Below, piece by piece: positions 39,258 through 48,373 of a stretch of 64,000 bases of DNA. Numbering within the stretch: position 1 is the stretch's first letter; each line of letters opens with the position of its first letter. The translations under genes were made by a program, and so were the position numbers. The stretch covers positions 1-64,000 of the IMG/VR virus record IMGVR_UViG_3300025652_000032; one strand, given 5' to 3'. The stretch comes from a virus. Below the pieces are notes generated by a model, which made no database searches, was not told the DNA's origin, and worked only from the letters and a program-made list of their open reading frames with translations.

Positions 39258-40498
39258 ATCACTTCCTCCATCAACTGAATGTCCCGAACATCTTTGGGTT
39301 CGTTTCTTTTTTCCTTTAGTTCTCGTATCACACCAAGAGATGCAACTTTAACACCATCATACCAGAAGTGATTCTTTGGGTTGAACAGTATCTCATCTTT
39401 GCCCATTGTATATTTACTCAACTCTTCGTTGTGACTGTGGATCATATGATGGCCTTGAATATCAAGATCACGGTGTAGATAGTCTAGATCTTCTCCCTCT
39501 CGTAAACCATACAAGGAAAGAACAGAACTGGCAGTAACACAATAGTTCTCTGGATCTAAGTTGTTATCTCGGATGTAGTTTCTGTAATAGTCAAACATAC
39601 ACTGAAAAGAATTGTAATGAACATGCTTTGCATTGTTCATGTGATGAATACTATTTTCGTTATAGTATAGTCTTGCAATTCGCATCGTCTCTTCGTGTGT
39701 GTCGTTGATATGACACGAATGCTTTCCTATACCGAAGATGTTTCGGATAGATTCTTTCAACTGAACCATGTCTACAGACTCATGTGGTACAATCAAGAAA
39801 GAGAGAATGGGTGCAGTTGTGGTAAAACAAAGTTCTGCCTTGCGGGCAAACCCAGCAAAGTTTTGAGTCCATCCCAATCCCCAATCTTCGCCCAGATATA
39901 TCTGTCGGATGAGATTAAGAGGCGCATTGTTTTTCCAACCGAAAGACTTCACATAGACAACATCAGAAGTCTTGTTTAGCAGTTCCCATGCTGATTGAAT
40001 CTTTTCATTGTCGTGTGTCACGGAGGGGAACAAAGTGACAACTAATGTATTCGGAACCAGTCTTACATACTCAGTTGCCATCGCATCAAGATTAAACGTA
40101 GACAAACCCCTAGATGCAAACATACTGCTACTGCAATCTAATTGTCCTTCGTTTTCCGTTGCTTCGTGTGTATCAACTTCTTTGTCGTATAGTATAGATG
40201 CTGCAACTCTATGTGAACCATTTATCAGATAGTTCTCATAAACTGGTAGAGTTCCTTTGGTCGAATCAAACCCATCACTGGAAATTGAATCGAGTATGCC
40301 ATCGAAAGTAGATTTGAAACTCTCGAAAGTATTCTTGTTGGAGTTGTCTAATTCATCGAAACTGTTCCATGCATTTAGGTGTGATGCATATACATCCTCA
40401 CCAAAGGACGTATCATAACCTGCATCTCTATACCTTGCGTATAAGTGCTTTGCTGGAATGTCGAATCGATTATTCTTTAGAAGAGTCAGTGGGTTCAT
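39254..40498 (-). CDS. Hypothetical protein with ParB/Srx-like N-terminus and nucleotidyltransferase-like C-terminus
   Basis: INGSHRVAA; SSVLSLYGLRE..DLD. Confidence 0.5.
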   Translation of the reverse strand: MNPLTLLKNNRFDIPAKHLYARYRDAGYDTSFGEDVYASHLNAWNSFDELDNSNKNTFESFKSTFDGILDSISSDGFDSTKGTLPVYENYLINGSHRVAASILYDKEVDTHEATENEGQLDCSSSMFASRGLSTFNLDAMATEYVRLVPNTLVVTLFPSVTHDNEKIQSAWELLNKTSDVVYVKSFGWKNNAPLNLIRQIYLGEDWGLGWTQNFAGFARKAELCFTTTAPILSFLIVPHESVDMVQLKESIRNIFGIGKHSCHINDTHEETMRIARLYYNENSIHHMNNAKHVHYNSFQCMFDYYRNYIRDNNLDPENYCVTASSVLSLYGLREGEDLDYLHRDLDIQGHHMIHSHNEELSKYTMGKDEILFNPKNHFWYDGVKVASLGVIRELKEKRNEPKDVRDIQLMEEVI

Positions 40499-41229
40499 AA
40501 CGAATTTAGTTTTTCATATGGTTGCCGTTCCTTCAGCAACTTTTCAATTCTCAATTGTTCATGTGGTACTTTACGGAAATCCGAATTTTCATTTTGTTCA
40601 TTGTAAACGTAAAGGGGTTCTGGGATGAAAACAAATCTGTCTCCAGACATCTCAAGCATTGGCCACATGAAGGTCAAATCACCAGCGGCCTTAAACCACT
40701 CTCCGTCTATGTCAATGAAGTCATCAGTATTTATGTTCAATACCAACTCCCGACGAAATGTTCTCAAGTGTGTTGCTCTCCAACGATCTTTACGGAATGC
40801 ATTATTGTTTACAATATCATCATGATAACGATCGTGACCCCAAACAGCAGTTCCAGAACTTGTCTTATACATCGAACCATATGACATCCACACATCTTCA
40901 GTGTAGTACCTATCAAGTGTTCCTAGAACATTGTCGTGAGGTAACCAGTCATCAAAGTCCAGAGTTACGATGATAGATCCTTCTCTGGCCATTTCAGATC
41001 CCTCGTATACATTTTGTGTTTGATACTTTCTAGTTTCGTTACGAACCACTTTCAGGTTTTCATATTTGTCTTGCTGCTCAAGAAGATATTCGTGAGTTCC
41101 ATCATCAGTCTGTGCATCGATTGCAATAACATCAAAGTTATCGTGCTTCTGTAGCAAGGCAGATTTTAGGGATTCTTCAATCCACGAACGGGAGTTGTGT
41201 CCCATCATCAAAATAGTGTAGTGATTCAT
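40495..41229 (-). CDS. GT2 glycosyltransferase
   Basis: IDAQTDDGT, LDFDDWL, H.RTFR. Confidence 0.85.
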   Translation of the reverse strand: MNHYTILMMGHNSRSWIEESLKSALLQKHDNFDVIAIDAQTDDGTHEYLLEQQDKYENLKVVRNETRKYQTQNVYEGSEMAREGSIIVTLDFDDWLPHDNVLGTLDRYYTEDVWMSYGSMYKTSSGTAVWGHDRYHDDIVNNNAFRKDRWRATHLRTFRRELVLNINTDDFIDIDGEWFKAAGDLTFMWPMLEMSGDRFVFIPEPLYVYNEQNENSDFRKVPHEQLRIEKLLKERQPYEKLNSL

Positions 41230-41963
41230 AGTAACTCCAACAGTTCTTTTATTGCCATGCTGTATACGCTATAGGGGCGGATAGAGTGACAATCAATATA
41301 CTCCCCCGATTGTACCATACTTTTGTCGTATGTCCAGTTAGTTCTATCAATTCTTTTATTTAACGCCATCATAGGCACTGGTTGACAAACGCCTCCTCCG
41401 TTATCACGAAACTCACAGATCTTTCGGGAAGAATGAACTTCATCAATATTCCACTTTGACAGTGGTGCTTCATCAGGCCAATCGTTAGGTCGGTGTTCGA
41501 AGTTCTCGTCAACAGAATCAGAAACCTTACGACAGTAATCGGGAAACGAGTTCTCAATCTCTAGAACATCTGCAAACACTTTACCCTTTGCCATATTGTA
41601 ACAGATGGGGAAGTAGTCGGCGTTGCTGTTTAAATTTGTCCAAACACACTGCGAATATTCTACGATGGCGGCCTGCCAATACTTCTTCGACATGGGGAAC
41701 ATATCAATGTCACTTGTTATCCATGTTGTATTTGGTTCTTTATGTGTGTACCACATTCGAGAGAGTTGTGCCTGAGTATGAATAGGAACTGTTTCGTCTA
41801 CGGGCATGGAATGAACCTGTCCATGTTCGGCGGACGGTTCTTTCTCCCCGACATGAACAAGGACAGGTTCGATTCCCATTTTCTCTTTCCACACCCACGA
41901 CACCAACGGCCAGAAGTCTAGGTAGTATGGGTTATCGTCACACGACATGATCACTTTTGGCAT
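41226..41963 (-). CDS. Putative glycosyltransferase (DxD)
   Basis: TSDIDMFP; C-terminal YIDCH..RP. Confidence 0.55.
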   Translation of the reverse strand: MPKVIMSCDDNPYYLDFWPLVSWVWKEKMGIEPVLVHVGEKEPSAEHGQVHSMPVDETVPIHTQAQLSRMWYTHKEPNTTWITSDIDMFPMSKKYWQAAIVEYSQCVWTNLNSNADYFPICYNMAKGKVFADVLEIENSFPDYCRKVSDSVDENFEHRPNDWPDEAPLSKWNIDEVHSSRKICEFRDNGGGVCQPVPMMALNKRIDRTNWTYDKSMVQSGEYIDCHSIRPYSVYSMAIKELLELL

Positions 41964-42631
41964 AGTGCTTCCTCCAACACTTCTAGATCATGCTTCCAGT
42001 TGCCTCCCGGTTTGTCATTCTCGTCGAAACATTGTCCAACGAAATCAACACCGTCACTGGGTCGTTCTGTGATAGGGAAGTCTGTGTCTGTAAAGAACGG
42101 ATCGTGTACCATGCAGTTCTTCAGAGATAGAGGATGCACATGCTTCCAAAGGAACCACTGATCCTGACTCTTCTCATCTGTTGCATTGAACTCTTCCATC
42201 ATTCGAATGATGTTTGGAACTGCTCCGCCGCGGCAACCCCACATACCACCGAGCATCGGAACGCCGTGGTATGGGTGATCTCGCATGATATGAAACTGTT
42301 CACCGGAGTCAACCCACTCGTTGATGGCGGCAACTTCTCTCTCACAGAACCGACAGTCAGTATCACGCGAAATCATATGTGTGATACTGGTGTCTTCTGC
42401 CGGTTCGAATCGCCAGAACATACCCAGAGATCCGGGTTCTTCTGTTCTCATTTCAGTTTGTACGTTGGGAAATAACTCAAGACTTCGAACGATGGCAGAG
42501 TCTACAGTATCGGCAATATAGAACCTACATGTCCATTCGGGTAGCATCTCCATCGCCTGTTTTGCATTTTTAATCGCGCCAATCGTGTATACTGGATTGT
42601 CGCCCCATAATGAATAAGTAATCAATTTCAC
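41951..42631 (-). CDS. Putative glycosyltransferase (GT-A-like)
   Basis: YSLWGD.P.Y..GA, MFWRF, RDTD, HIMRDHP.H, GGMWG; GTGA overlap start. Confidence 0.6.
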   Translation of the reverse strand: MKLITYSLWGDNPVYTIGAIKNAKQAMEMLPEWTCRFYIADTVDSAIVRSLELFPNVQTEMRTEEPGSLGMFWRFEPAEDTSITHMISRDTDCRFCEREVAAINEWVDSGEQFHIMRDHPYHGVPMLGGMWGCRGGAVPNIIRMMEEFNATDEKSQDQWFLWKHVHPLSLKNCMVHDPFFTDTDFPITERPSDGVDFVGQCFDENDKPGGNWKHDLEVLEEALCQK

Positions 42632-43260
42632 GTTACGATAGACTCCGTTTCCTCTGAGGACCACTGATATACATGAAGGAAGTCATCTAGAGCAACGCTC
42701 TCTTCCACCTTCGGGTACAATCGAGACAACCAATCAATGTCTTCACAGGACTGACCAGTCTGTGGATGATATACACTCCTGAATGGTTCTGATTGTGCAA
42801 GTGTTCTCTTCCACACACAGAAATGATAAGGAGGTCGTAGTGTATCTTTGAATCCCTGTGAATAACCATCAGCAACAGGCACAACTGGTTCGTGTGGATT
42901 GCCCATTTTCAAGAACACCCTAGCATGAACACCGTTGAGGTAGCAGTCTTGATTGAATGAAATGACATCAGCGTTGGGATTTTTCTCTATAGTTTCCGTC
43001 AACCGTTCGATGTAATTGTCTGCTACATCATCGTCGTCATCCAACCATGCGATGTGAGTTCCTCTTGCCATCCGGAGAAGTTCATTCCTCTTCTCCCAGA
43101 TGTGCAGGGACTTATTATCGATAACACAAATGACCTCTACATCTTCTCGATCACCAATCTGACCGAGGAGTTTGTCTTGGAGGACTCTGTACTTGTCAAG
43201 TCTCGACGGGATCGAGAGCATCAGTATACTAAATTTTATATCTTCTTTGTTCTTAGGCAT
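42628..43260 (-). CDS. GT2-like glycosyltransferase
   Basis: EKRN.L...ARG..IA.LDDDD. Confidence 0.8.
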   Translation of the reverse strand: MPKNKEDIKFSILMLSIPSRLDKYRVLQDKLLGQIGDREDVEVICVIDNKSLHIWEKRNELLRMARGTHIAWLDDDDDVADNYIERLTETIEKNPNADVISFNQDCYLNGVHARVFLKMGNPHEPVVPVADGYSQGFKDTLRPPYHFCVWKRTLAQSEPFRSVYHPQTGQSCEDIDWLSRLYPKVEESVALDDFLHVYQWSSEETESIVT

Positions 43261-43966
43261 GATTAAGTCTCTTCGCTACTTCCTGAACATCAAACTGAAG
43301 TTCACTTTTTCTTTTGTTGAAAACGCCGCCGTCCTTCTCGTACATCTCAGGACTTTCTTGCATCGTGTGTAGTTCGTCGGATTCTTCATGACCACCGGGA
43401 ACCCACTCATGTTTGATGATACACGTTTCACACACGGCGAATCGACCAAGCATCATACAGAGTTCTGTCATCTCAGTGTCACAATAAATGCTGGTGTAGT
43501 CTGGATGATACCAATGTCCAATTGCATCGTATAGTTTCTTTCCCATGACAGGCAGTGTGCAAAGAGCATCATTCCGAAGTCCGTCATTGAACTTCACTGC
43601 ACCATCAAATTCAGGGAAGGTTCCCTCGAACACCTGAGCAATGATATCATCATATTCTTTCAGTTGAGGGATCATATCATCCGATGCCAAAAGTCCCACA
43701 TCGAAAGTTTCGCCTTCCATGTTTGCATTACATGCTTCAATTTTGGTTTTAGAGTGACCATAGTATGCAGTTAAGTTTACGCCACTTTCCTGTAGGGACG
43801 CAAACCAGTTTCGGACTTCGGGGTTGTTCATTGTCTCGTCATCTTCGTCGCATGTAATAACAAAACGTACATCGTGCTTACCAGATAGGTAATCGATGTA
43901 CATTTCTAAAACTTGTTTGAATTTGTCAGGACGGGAACGGGTGGGAAACTTAATCAGTAGTCGCAT
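43253..43966 (-). CDS. GT2-like glycosyltransferase
   Basis: KFPTR.RP, ASDDMIP, YCD.E, KHEW. Confidence 0.75.
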   Translation of the reverse strand: MRLLIKFPTRSRPDKFKQVLEMYIDYLSGKHDVRFVITCDEDDETMNNPEVRNWFASLQESGVNLTAYYGHSKTKIEACNANMEGETFDVGLLASDDMIPQLKEYDDIIAQVFEGTFPEFDGAVKFNDGLRNDALCTLPVMGKKLYDAIGHWYHPDYTSIYCDTEMTELCMMLGRFAVCETCIIKHEWVPGGHEESDELHTMQESPEMYEKDGGVFNKRKSELQFDVQEVAKRLNHA

Positions 43967-43984
43967 AATATAAATCCTTTTATT

Positions 43985-44407
43985 CTATTTAGTCCGACCT
44001 ATATGGTACTTGGGACAAAGTTCCCAATCACCTTTTTCTTTGTAAGGAAGAATCTTTATCTGGCTGATTGGAACTGCTGGTTCCTCTGCTTTGGCAGGTA
44101 AGACTATCTCTAATAGTTCCCATTCTTCCAGCAATTTAGCAATCGTATTTCTTCTTCCGATATCGTTTTCTGCTATGTCAGTTGGCAGGCCGTCCAGTGC
44201 AAAGAGTTCTTTGAAGTGGACGATGTAATACTTACCTCGTTTATGTAAGATATGGCATGACTGATATAACTTCTTTTCTTTTCTGGACGATACACCAATT
44301 CGCGTGAGCGTCTCTTTAATCTTCAAAAAATCATCTGGTTCATATAAGGTGATTTCGAGTAAATCACTTACTTCAATATTCGATTGTCCCATTTGTATAA
44401 ACTCCAT
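43985..44407 (-). CDS. regA: Translational repressor RegA
   Basis: DDFLKIKETLTRIG...LYQSCHILHKRG.YYIVHFKELF.LDG. Confidence 0.95.
   Translation of the reverse strand: MEFIQMGQSNIEVSDLLEITLYEPDDFLKIKETLTRIGVSSRKEKKLYQSCHILHKRGKYYIVHFKELFALDGLPTDIAENDIGRRNTIAKLLEEWELLEIVLPAKAEEPAVPISQIKILPYKEKGDWELCPKYHIGRTK
43986..43992 (-). promoter_or_regulatory. Late promoter variant heading the glycosylation cluster
   Basis: CTAAATA overlapping the regA stop, followed by AAGGA RBS and ATG 43966. Confidence 0.6.
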
Positions 44408-44447
44408 AAAAAGGCACTCTATCCTTCTTATGTATGTTTTATGGGAT

Positions 44448-44831
44448 CTAACCCTCTCTTTTGGACATCATGTCCACAATTTCAGACACAGTTTCCTTTG
44501 GTAACACGTTCAGTGCTTCTCGGGCCTTCGCTTCAGAATACTCAAAGTAATCCATGACTGCTTGTAGATCATCCGGATTCTCTCTCTTCAACCACTTACT
44601 GAACCGCTTTCTCTTCCTCAACGAATGTAGATAGAAATCAAACTGCATCTTCTTTGATGTATCTGGTCTGATATTCATCTCATTCACATAAAAGATTGTG
44701 TCTGGGAAGTACGATAGACATCGATTCATAACGAAAGGGACGTACCCCTTCTCGATGGATTCATCATCCGTGTCGAGAAGAGGCACCTTGGTGTGGTTTA
44801 CTGCATTTAGATAGTCACCCAACTTCGTCAT
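44448..44831 (-). CDS. gp62: Clamp loader small subunit
   Basis: Y.PF..NR.LSYF.D....VNEMN...QFDFY...LRKRKRFSKW. Confidence 0.9.
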   Translation of the reverse strand: MTKLGDYLNAVNHTKVPLLDTDDESIEKGYVPFVMNRCLSYFPDTIFYVNEMNIRPDTSKKMQFDFYLHSLRKRKRFSKWLKRENPDDLQAVMDYFEYSEAKAREALNVLPKETVSEIVDMMSKREG

Positions 44832-45130
44832 GAAATCTCCGTGTCCTTATCAACAACAGCGATAACTCGATCATGAAGGACTATATCAAATCCACCGAAA
44901 CCTTCCATACCCTGCGAGTAATCATACATCACATAATCACCCACCTTGTATCCGAGTTTCATTTCTTTTCCATTAGACAAAACAGTCGGATTGCCAATAG
45001 AAGAAACTATACCAATCAGATACTTGGGATGTTCCCTTGGAGTGTAAACAACTCCAGCATCCGTGGTTCCCTTTTTTACATTCCTCTTGATCACAACTTT
45101 CCCTCTGACGGGATAAAACTTTTCACTCAT
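44828..45130 (-). CDS. groES: GroES-like co-chaperonin
   Basis: P..GKVVIK...TDAGVV...G.V..IG...KVGD.V.Y...VIAVV. Confidence 0.75.
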   Translation of the reverse strand: MSEKFYPVRGKVVIKRNVKKGTTDAGVVYTPREHPKYLIGIVSSIGNPTVLSNGKEMKLGYKVGDYVMYDYSQGMEGFGGFDIVLHDRVIAVVDKDTEIS

Positions 45131-46068
45131 TTGAATTCACACTCCAACATCAGTTCTGTTAGGCAAGCAGTCAGGTTGATCTCCTGATCCGCGACAAAGG
45201 CAGACTTGTACTGGTAGTCTGCGAGTACCATGACTGCTTGAGGAATACTTTGCGGGGCGAAATGCTCGTACAGTCCATCATAGATTTTCCTGAAGATCAC
45301 GGCAGGATCATTGTCGATACTGTCGATCACCCACTTACGGACATTGGTGAACTCCTTCTTCTTCATGAAGGAGATCAGATCCTTGATCTGCACATCACCA
45401 ATGTTCGCAAGAATACCGACATCAATTGTACCAGAAACCGAGTAGCGTTGCAACTCATTAATGATACGCCGGAAGTCAGGGAAATACTTGGAGATCAGTT
45501 CAGCAAGAACCTTCTCGTCGTATGTTACATCTTCTGCATCAAGAATTTTCTTGATGTTGCCCATCAACTGCATTGCCAAATGAGGACGATCTGCCTTGGC
45601 AATCTTGAAGTCCACGTTTGTGCATCTGGAGTGTAGCGGTTGGATGATTCGATTCTTGAAGTTACAAGTCAGAATGAACCGACAGTTCTTCGAGAACTCT
45701 TCAATAAAACCGCGTAGCGCCGGTTGTGTAGACTGTGCATTAGAATAGTCGAATTCGTCTAGAATAACAACCTTCTTCGCATCACTCAACGAGATCGTAC
45801 TTGCAAAGTTTCGAATCTTGGTACGAAGAGTATCGATGTTTCCATCTTCTGAACAGTTGATCAGAATATACTCAGCACCAAGTTCATTACAAAGGGCCCT
45901 TGCAATACTAGTCTTTCCACAACCGGCGCCACCCGACAGCAACAGGTTCTGTGCTTCTCCTACACGAACCATGTCTTCGAATGTCTCCTTGACATTCTCT
46001 GGCAAAATGCAATCCTTGATTGTCTGGGGGCGATACTTTTCGACCCACAAGAAATCTTTATTGTCCAT
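45127..46068 (-). CDS. gp44: Clamp loader large subunit
   Basis: WVEKYRP, GGAGCGKT, LDEFD, LHSRC. Confidence 0.95.
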   Translation of the reverse strand: MDNKDFLWVEKYRPQTIKDCILPENVKETFEDMVRVGEAQNLLLSGGAGCGKTSIARALCNELGAEYILINCSEDGNIDTLRTKIRNFASTISLSDAKKVVILDEFDYSNAQSTQPALRGFIEEFSKNCRFILTCNFKNRIIQPLHSRCTNVDFKIAKADRPHLAMQLMGNIKKILDAEDVTYDEKVLAELISKYFPDFRRIINELQRYSVSGTIDVGILANIGDVQIKDLISFMKKKEFTNVRKWVIDSIDNDPAVIFRKIYDGLYEHFAPQSIPQAVMVLADYQYKSAFVADQEINLTACLTELMLECEFK

Positions 46069-46769
46069 CAGTTACCCTTATAGGAAGAATCTGCTTCCAG
46101 TGCGATCCAATAACGAAGATCGTGTGTAGTAGAAACGAATTCACTCACACCACGATCAGTAATGTTTGCGGTGTACTCACCGGGGAGCATCTTGAGGTTC
46201 TCCATCTTGAAGAAGAAACAGAACTCTGCATCTGCTTCGAACGTACCTTCGACTTCAACACTGAAGTCATTAGTGGACTTGTCCTGCTTGTCAAGGACAG
46301 TGAGAAGAACTTCGCCGCCCGCACCCTTGATGGCAAGATCACTGACACCGAGAACAGAAGATGCTCGCTGAAGTTCGTTGAGAATATCAGTGGACATTGT
46401 GATAGACAGAACGCTGTCTGGCATATCAACCTTCTTGTTTACGGTAGAGAGCAACTTGGGTTCGCTGTAGTGGTACGTCACAGATGCACTCGAACTGTCG
46501 TCCGAGATCACCACGGAAGTATCACCGAAGTGAAACCGAGGACTCTTGAAAAGGGAGACAGTGCCAAGGAACTTGTTCAGATCCCAGATACCAATCTCTG
46601 TGTCGAACTCTTCTTCGATCGTACACTCAGACATAATGTTCTTGATCGGTGAAATGGTAGTGAGTACACTGCCAGGTTTGATCAGGATGTTTGAGTTGAT
46701 GGTGGAAAAGTTTTTGAGGATAGTGAGTGTATCAGCACTTACTTTCATTCCCTCAGTTGCCGTGGTCAT
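46068..46769 (-). CDS. gp45: Sliding clamp
   Basis: TL.ILKNFSTIN, GI.DL..FL, NLKMLPG.Y, YWIALE; GGAG RBS before ATG 46769. Confidence 0.92.
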   Translation of the reverse strand: MTTATEGMKVSADTLTILKNFSTINSNILIKPGSVLTTISPIKNIMSECTIEEEFDTEIGIWDLNKFLGTVSLFKSPRFHFGDTSVVISDDSSSASVTYHYSEPKLLSTVNKKVDMPDSVLSITMSTDILNELQRASSVLGVSDLAIKGAGGEVLLTVLDKQDKSTNDFSVEVEGTFEADAEFCFFFKMENLKMLPGEYTANITDRGVSEFVSTTHDLRYWIALEADSSYKGN

Positions 46770-46950
46770 ATCGTTCGTCTCCTTCAAAGTCATAGTCGTC
46801 ATATTCTAAATCACCATGTTGTATGTTACGCATAAGATTCTTTACCTCATGCCGTTTTGCTTTTGCTTTCACAGTCTTGTGAAACTTCTTCTCTGCATTC
46901 TTCATCATGCGTTCGTCGTCACGATGGTTGTCCTTGTTTCCGCGTGGCAT
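46753..46950 (-). CDS. Small hypothetical protein
   Basis: 65-aa basic/acidic ORF between rnh and gp45. Confidence 0.6.
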   Translation of the reverse strand: MPRGNKDNHRDDERMMKNAEKKFHKTVKAKAKRHEVKNLMRNIQHGDLEYDDYDFEGDERYDHGN

Positions 46951-46960
46951 AGTTAGTTCC

Positions 46961-47797
46961 TCAGAAATCCTGAATGTTTTCCATCAGCATACGCAGTTTA
47001 TTGCTGACAAAATAGTTAAATATATTGCTTCTTGCACCAATAGGAGATTCTTCGAACGCCTCAAGAATTTCCGTGACATATTTTTCCGGGATCCTGTCTA
47101 GATCTACGAGTTGGGAGTTTCTGTCCCAGTTCCTCTCAAATTCTACACCAAGATCTTCCTCTTGTCTATACAATTTTTCCAACTTCTTCTTGGAGATTGG
47201 ACGTTGCCTGATGCTATCAACAAACACATTGTCGGCAGACAATACATTGGGGATTCCGTCTGAGGAATCTCCGTACATAATATGATCAAACAAGAACCTT
47301 TGCGGATCTTCCTCAACAAGAAACTGTTTCTTCCGTAGACAATATTGCTTGATGTTATCATATCGTTGCAATTGCTTGAAGTCCTTGTCCGAAGAGACGA
47401 TCACTACCTTCTCTGTTGGACTGTACTTCTTGGCAAGGACGGCAATGATATCGTCTGCCTCACATCGTTGGATAGAGATGTTCTTGTATGGGAATGTCTC
47501 CCTAATCTCTCGTCGAATTTTTCCAAGGACATCAAAGATCTTGTTCCAATCTTCGGCATCCTTTTGTTGTGTCTTCTTTCTTCCTGCCTTATATTGTGGG
47601 AAGATGTCCTTCCTCCAGCAGTTGGAAGAATCCTGACAGATAATAAGTTCGCCGTACTCGGAATAAAACTTATTTCGAATACTACGGTAGATGTTTAAAG
47701 TAATGTGTCGTACTTGATCCTCGTCCAGATCCTTTTTGCCTCTTGTTTGAGCAAAGATACTCGACAGGATCACTTGGTTGTTGTCGATCAAAATCAT
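46961..47797 (-). CDS. rnh: T4-type RNase H (5'-3' exonuclease, FEN family)
   Basis: LID.NQ, WRKD.FP.YKA.R, EADDIIA, SSDKDF.QL, GDSSDGIPN. Confidence 0.93.
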   Translation of the reverse strand: MILIDNNQVILSSIFAQTRGKKDLDEDQVRHITLNIYRSIRNKFYSEYGELIICQDSSNCWRKDIFPQYKAGRKKTQQKDAEDWNKIFDVLGKIRREIRETFPYKNISIQRCEADDIIAVLAKKYSPTEKVVIVSSDKDFKQLQRYDNIKQYCLRKKQFLVEEDPQRFLFDHIMYGDSSDGIPNVLSADNVFVDSIRQRPISKKKLEKLYRQEEDLGVEFERNWDRNSQLVDLDRIPEKYVTEILEAFEESPIGARSNIFNYFVSNKLRMLMENIQDF

Positions 47798-48333
47798 TTT
47801 CTTTTTGCTGCTTTCTTCCGGCGACTAGATGTCTTCTTTGCGATATTCTTATCGAAGGCATCTTGAGTCGTGATACCGGTCTTCTTTGTTGTTTTCTTAC
47901 GAGTCTTTTTCTTGGGCGTAGATGTCTCGTTCTTCTTGAACTTTGCCTTCGCTTTCTCAACCTGTTGATGGATATACTTCAGGTGGACATTTGCCGCCAT
48001 TCGCATGAAGTTACGGTCTTCCTTGTTGCGGTTTGTCTGTACCCAGAAAGGAATCTCGATCAAGAATTCATATCCAAGATACTTCTTATCAAACCAAATC
48101 TGAACGCGGAGATCTTTGCCCCTAATGAACTGGGGGTAATCTTCTGCCGGTGCAAGTTTGTAGGTCCGAATCTGAAATCTCTTAGAGAAGGTCTCTAGTG
48201 CCGTTTTCATGTAAGATTCATATGACATAGGAGACACCAGATTCAATCCGATTGGATTATCACCGTTGTCCCATGTCTTCTTGGTTGCCTTTTTCACGAT
48301 CTTCTTCTTGGTTTTCTTTTTTCGCTTTGACAT
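47794..48333 (-). CDS. Lys-rich hypothetical early protein
   Basis: ATG 6 nt after a consensus -10; basic N- and C-terminal tails. Confidence 0.75.
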   Translation of the reverse strand: MSKRKKKTKKKIVKKATKKTWDNGDNPIGLNLVSPMSYESYMKTALETFSKRFQIRTYKLAPAEDYPQFIRGKDLRVQIWFDKKYLGYEFLIEIPFWVQTNRNKEDRNFMRMAANVHLKYIHQQVEKAKAKFKKNETSTPKKKTRKKTTKKTGITTQDAFDKNIAKKTSSRRKKAAKRK

Positions 48334-48339
48334 GCTATT

Positions 48340-48368
48340 ATTATAACCCATGATCGGTGTGTTGTCAA
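48340..48368 (-). promoter_or_regulatory. Consensus sigma70 promoter, probably leaderless
   Basis: TTGACA-17 nt-TATAAT-6 nt-ATG. Confidence 0.85.
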
Positions 48369-48373
48369 GTAGT

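Noticed and set aside
42398-42415. GGTTCGAATC resembling a tRNA T-loop
   Set aside because: Lies inside a coding GT-like gene (WRFEP); no acceptor, D or anticodon stems around it.
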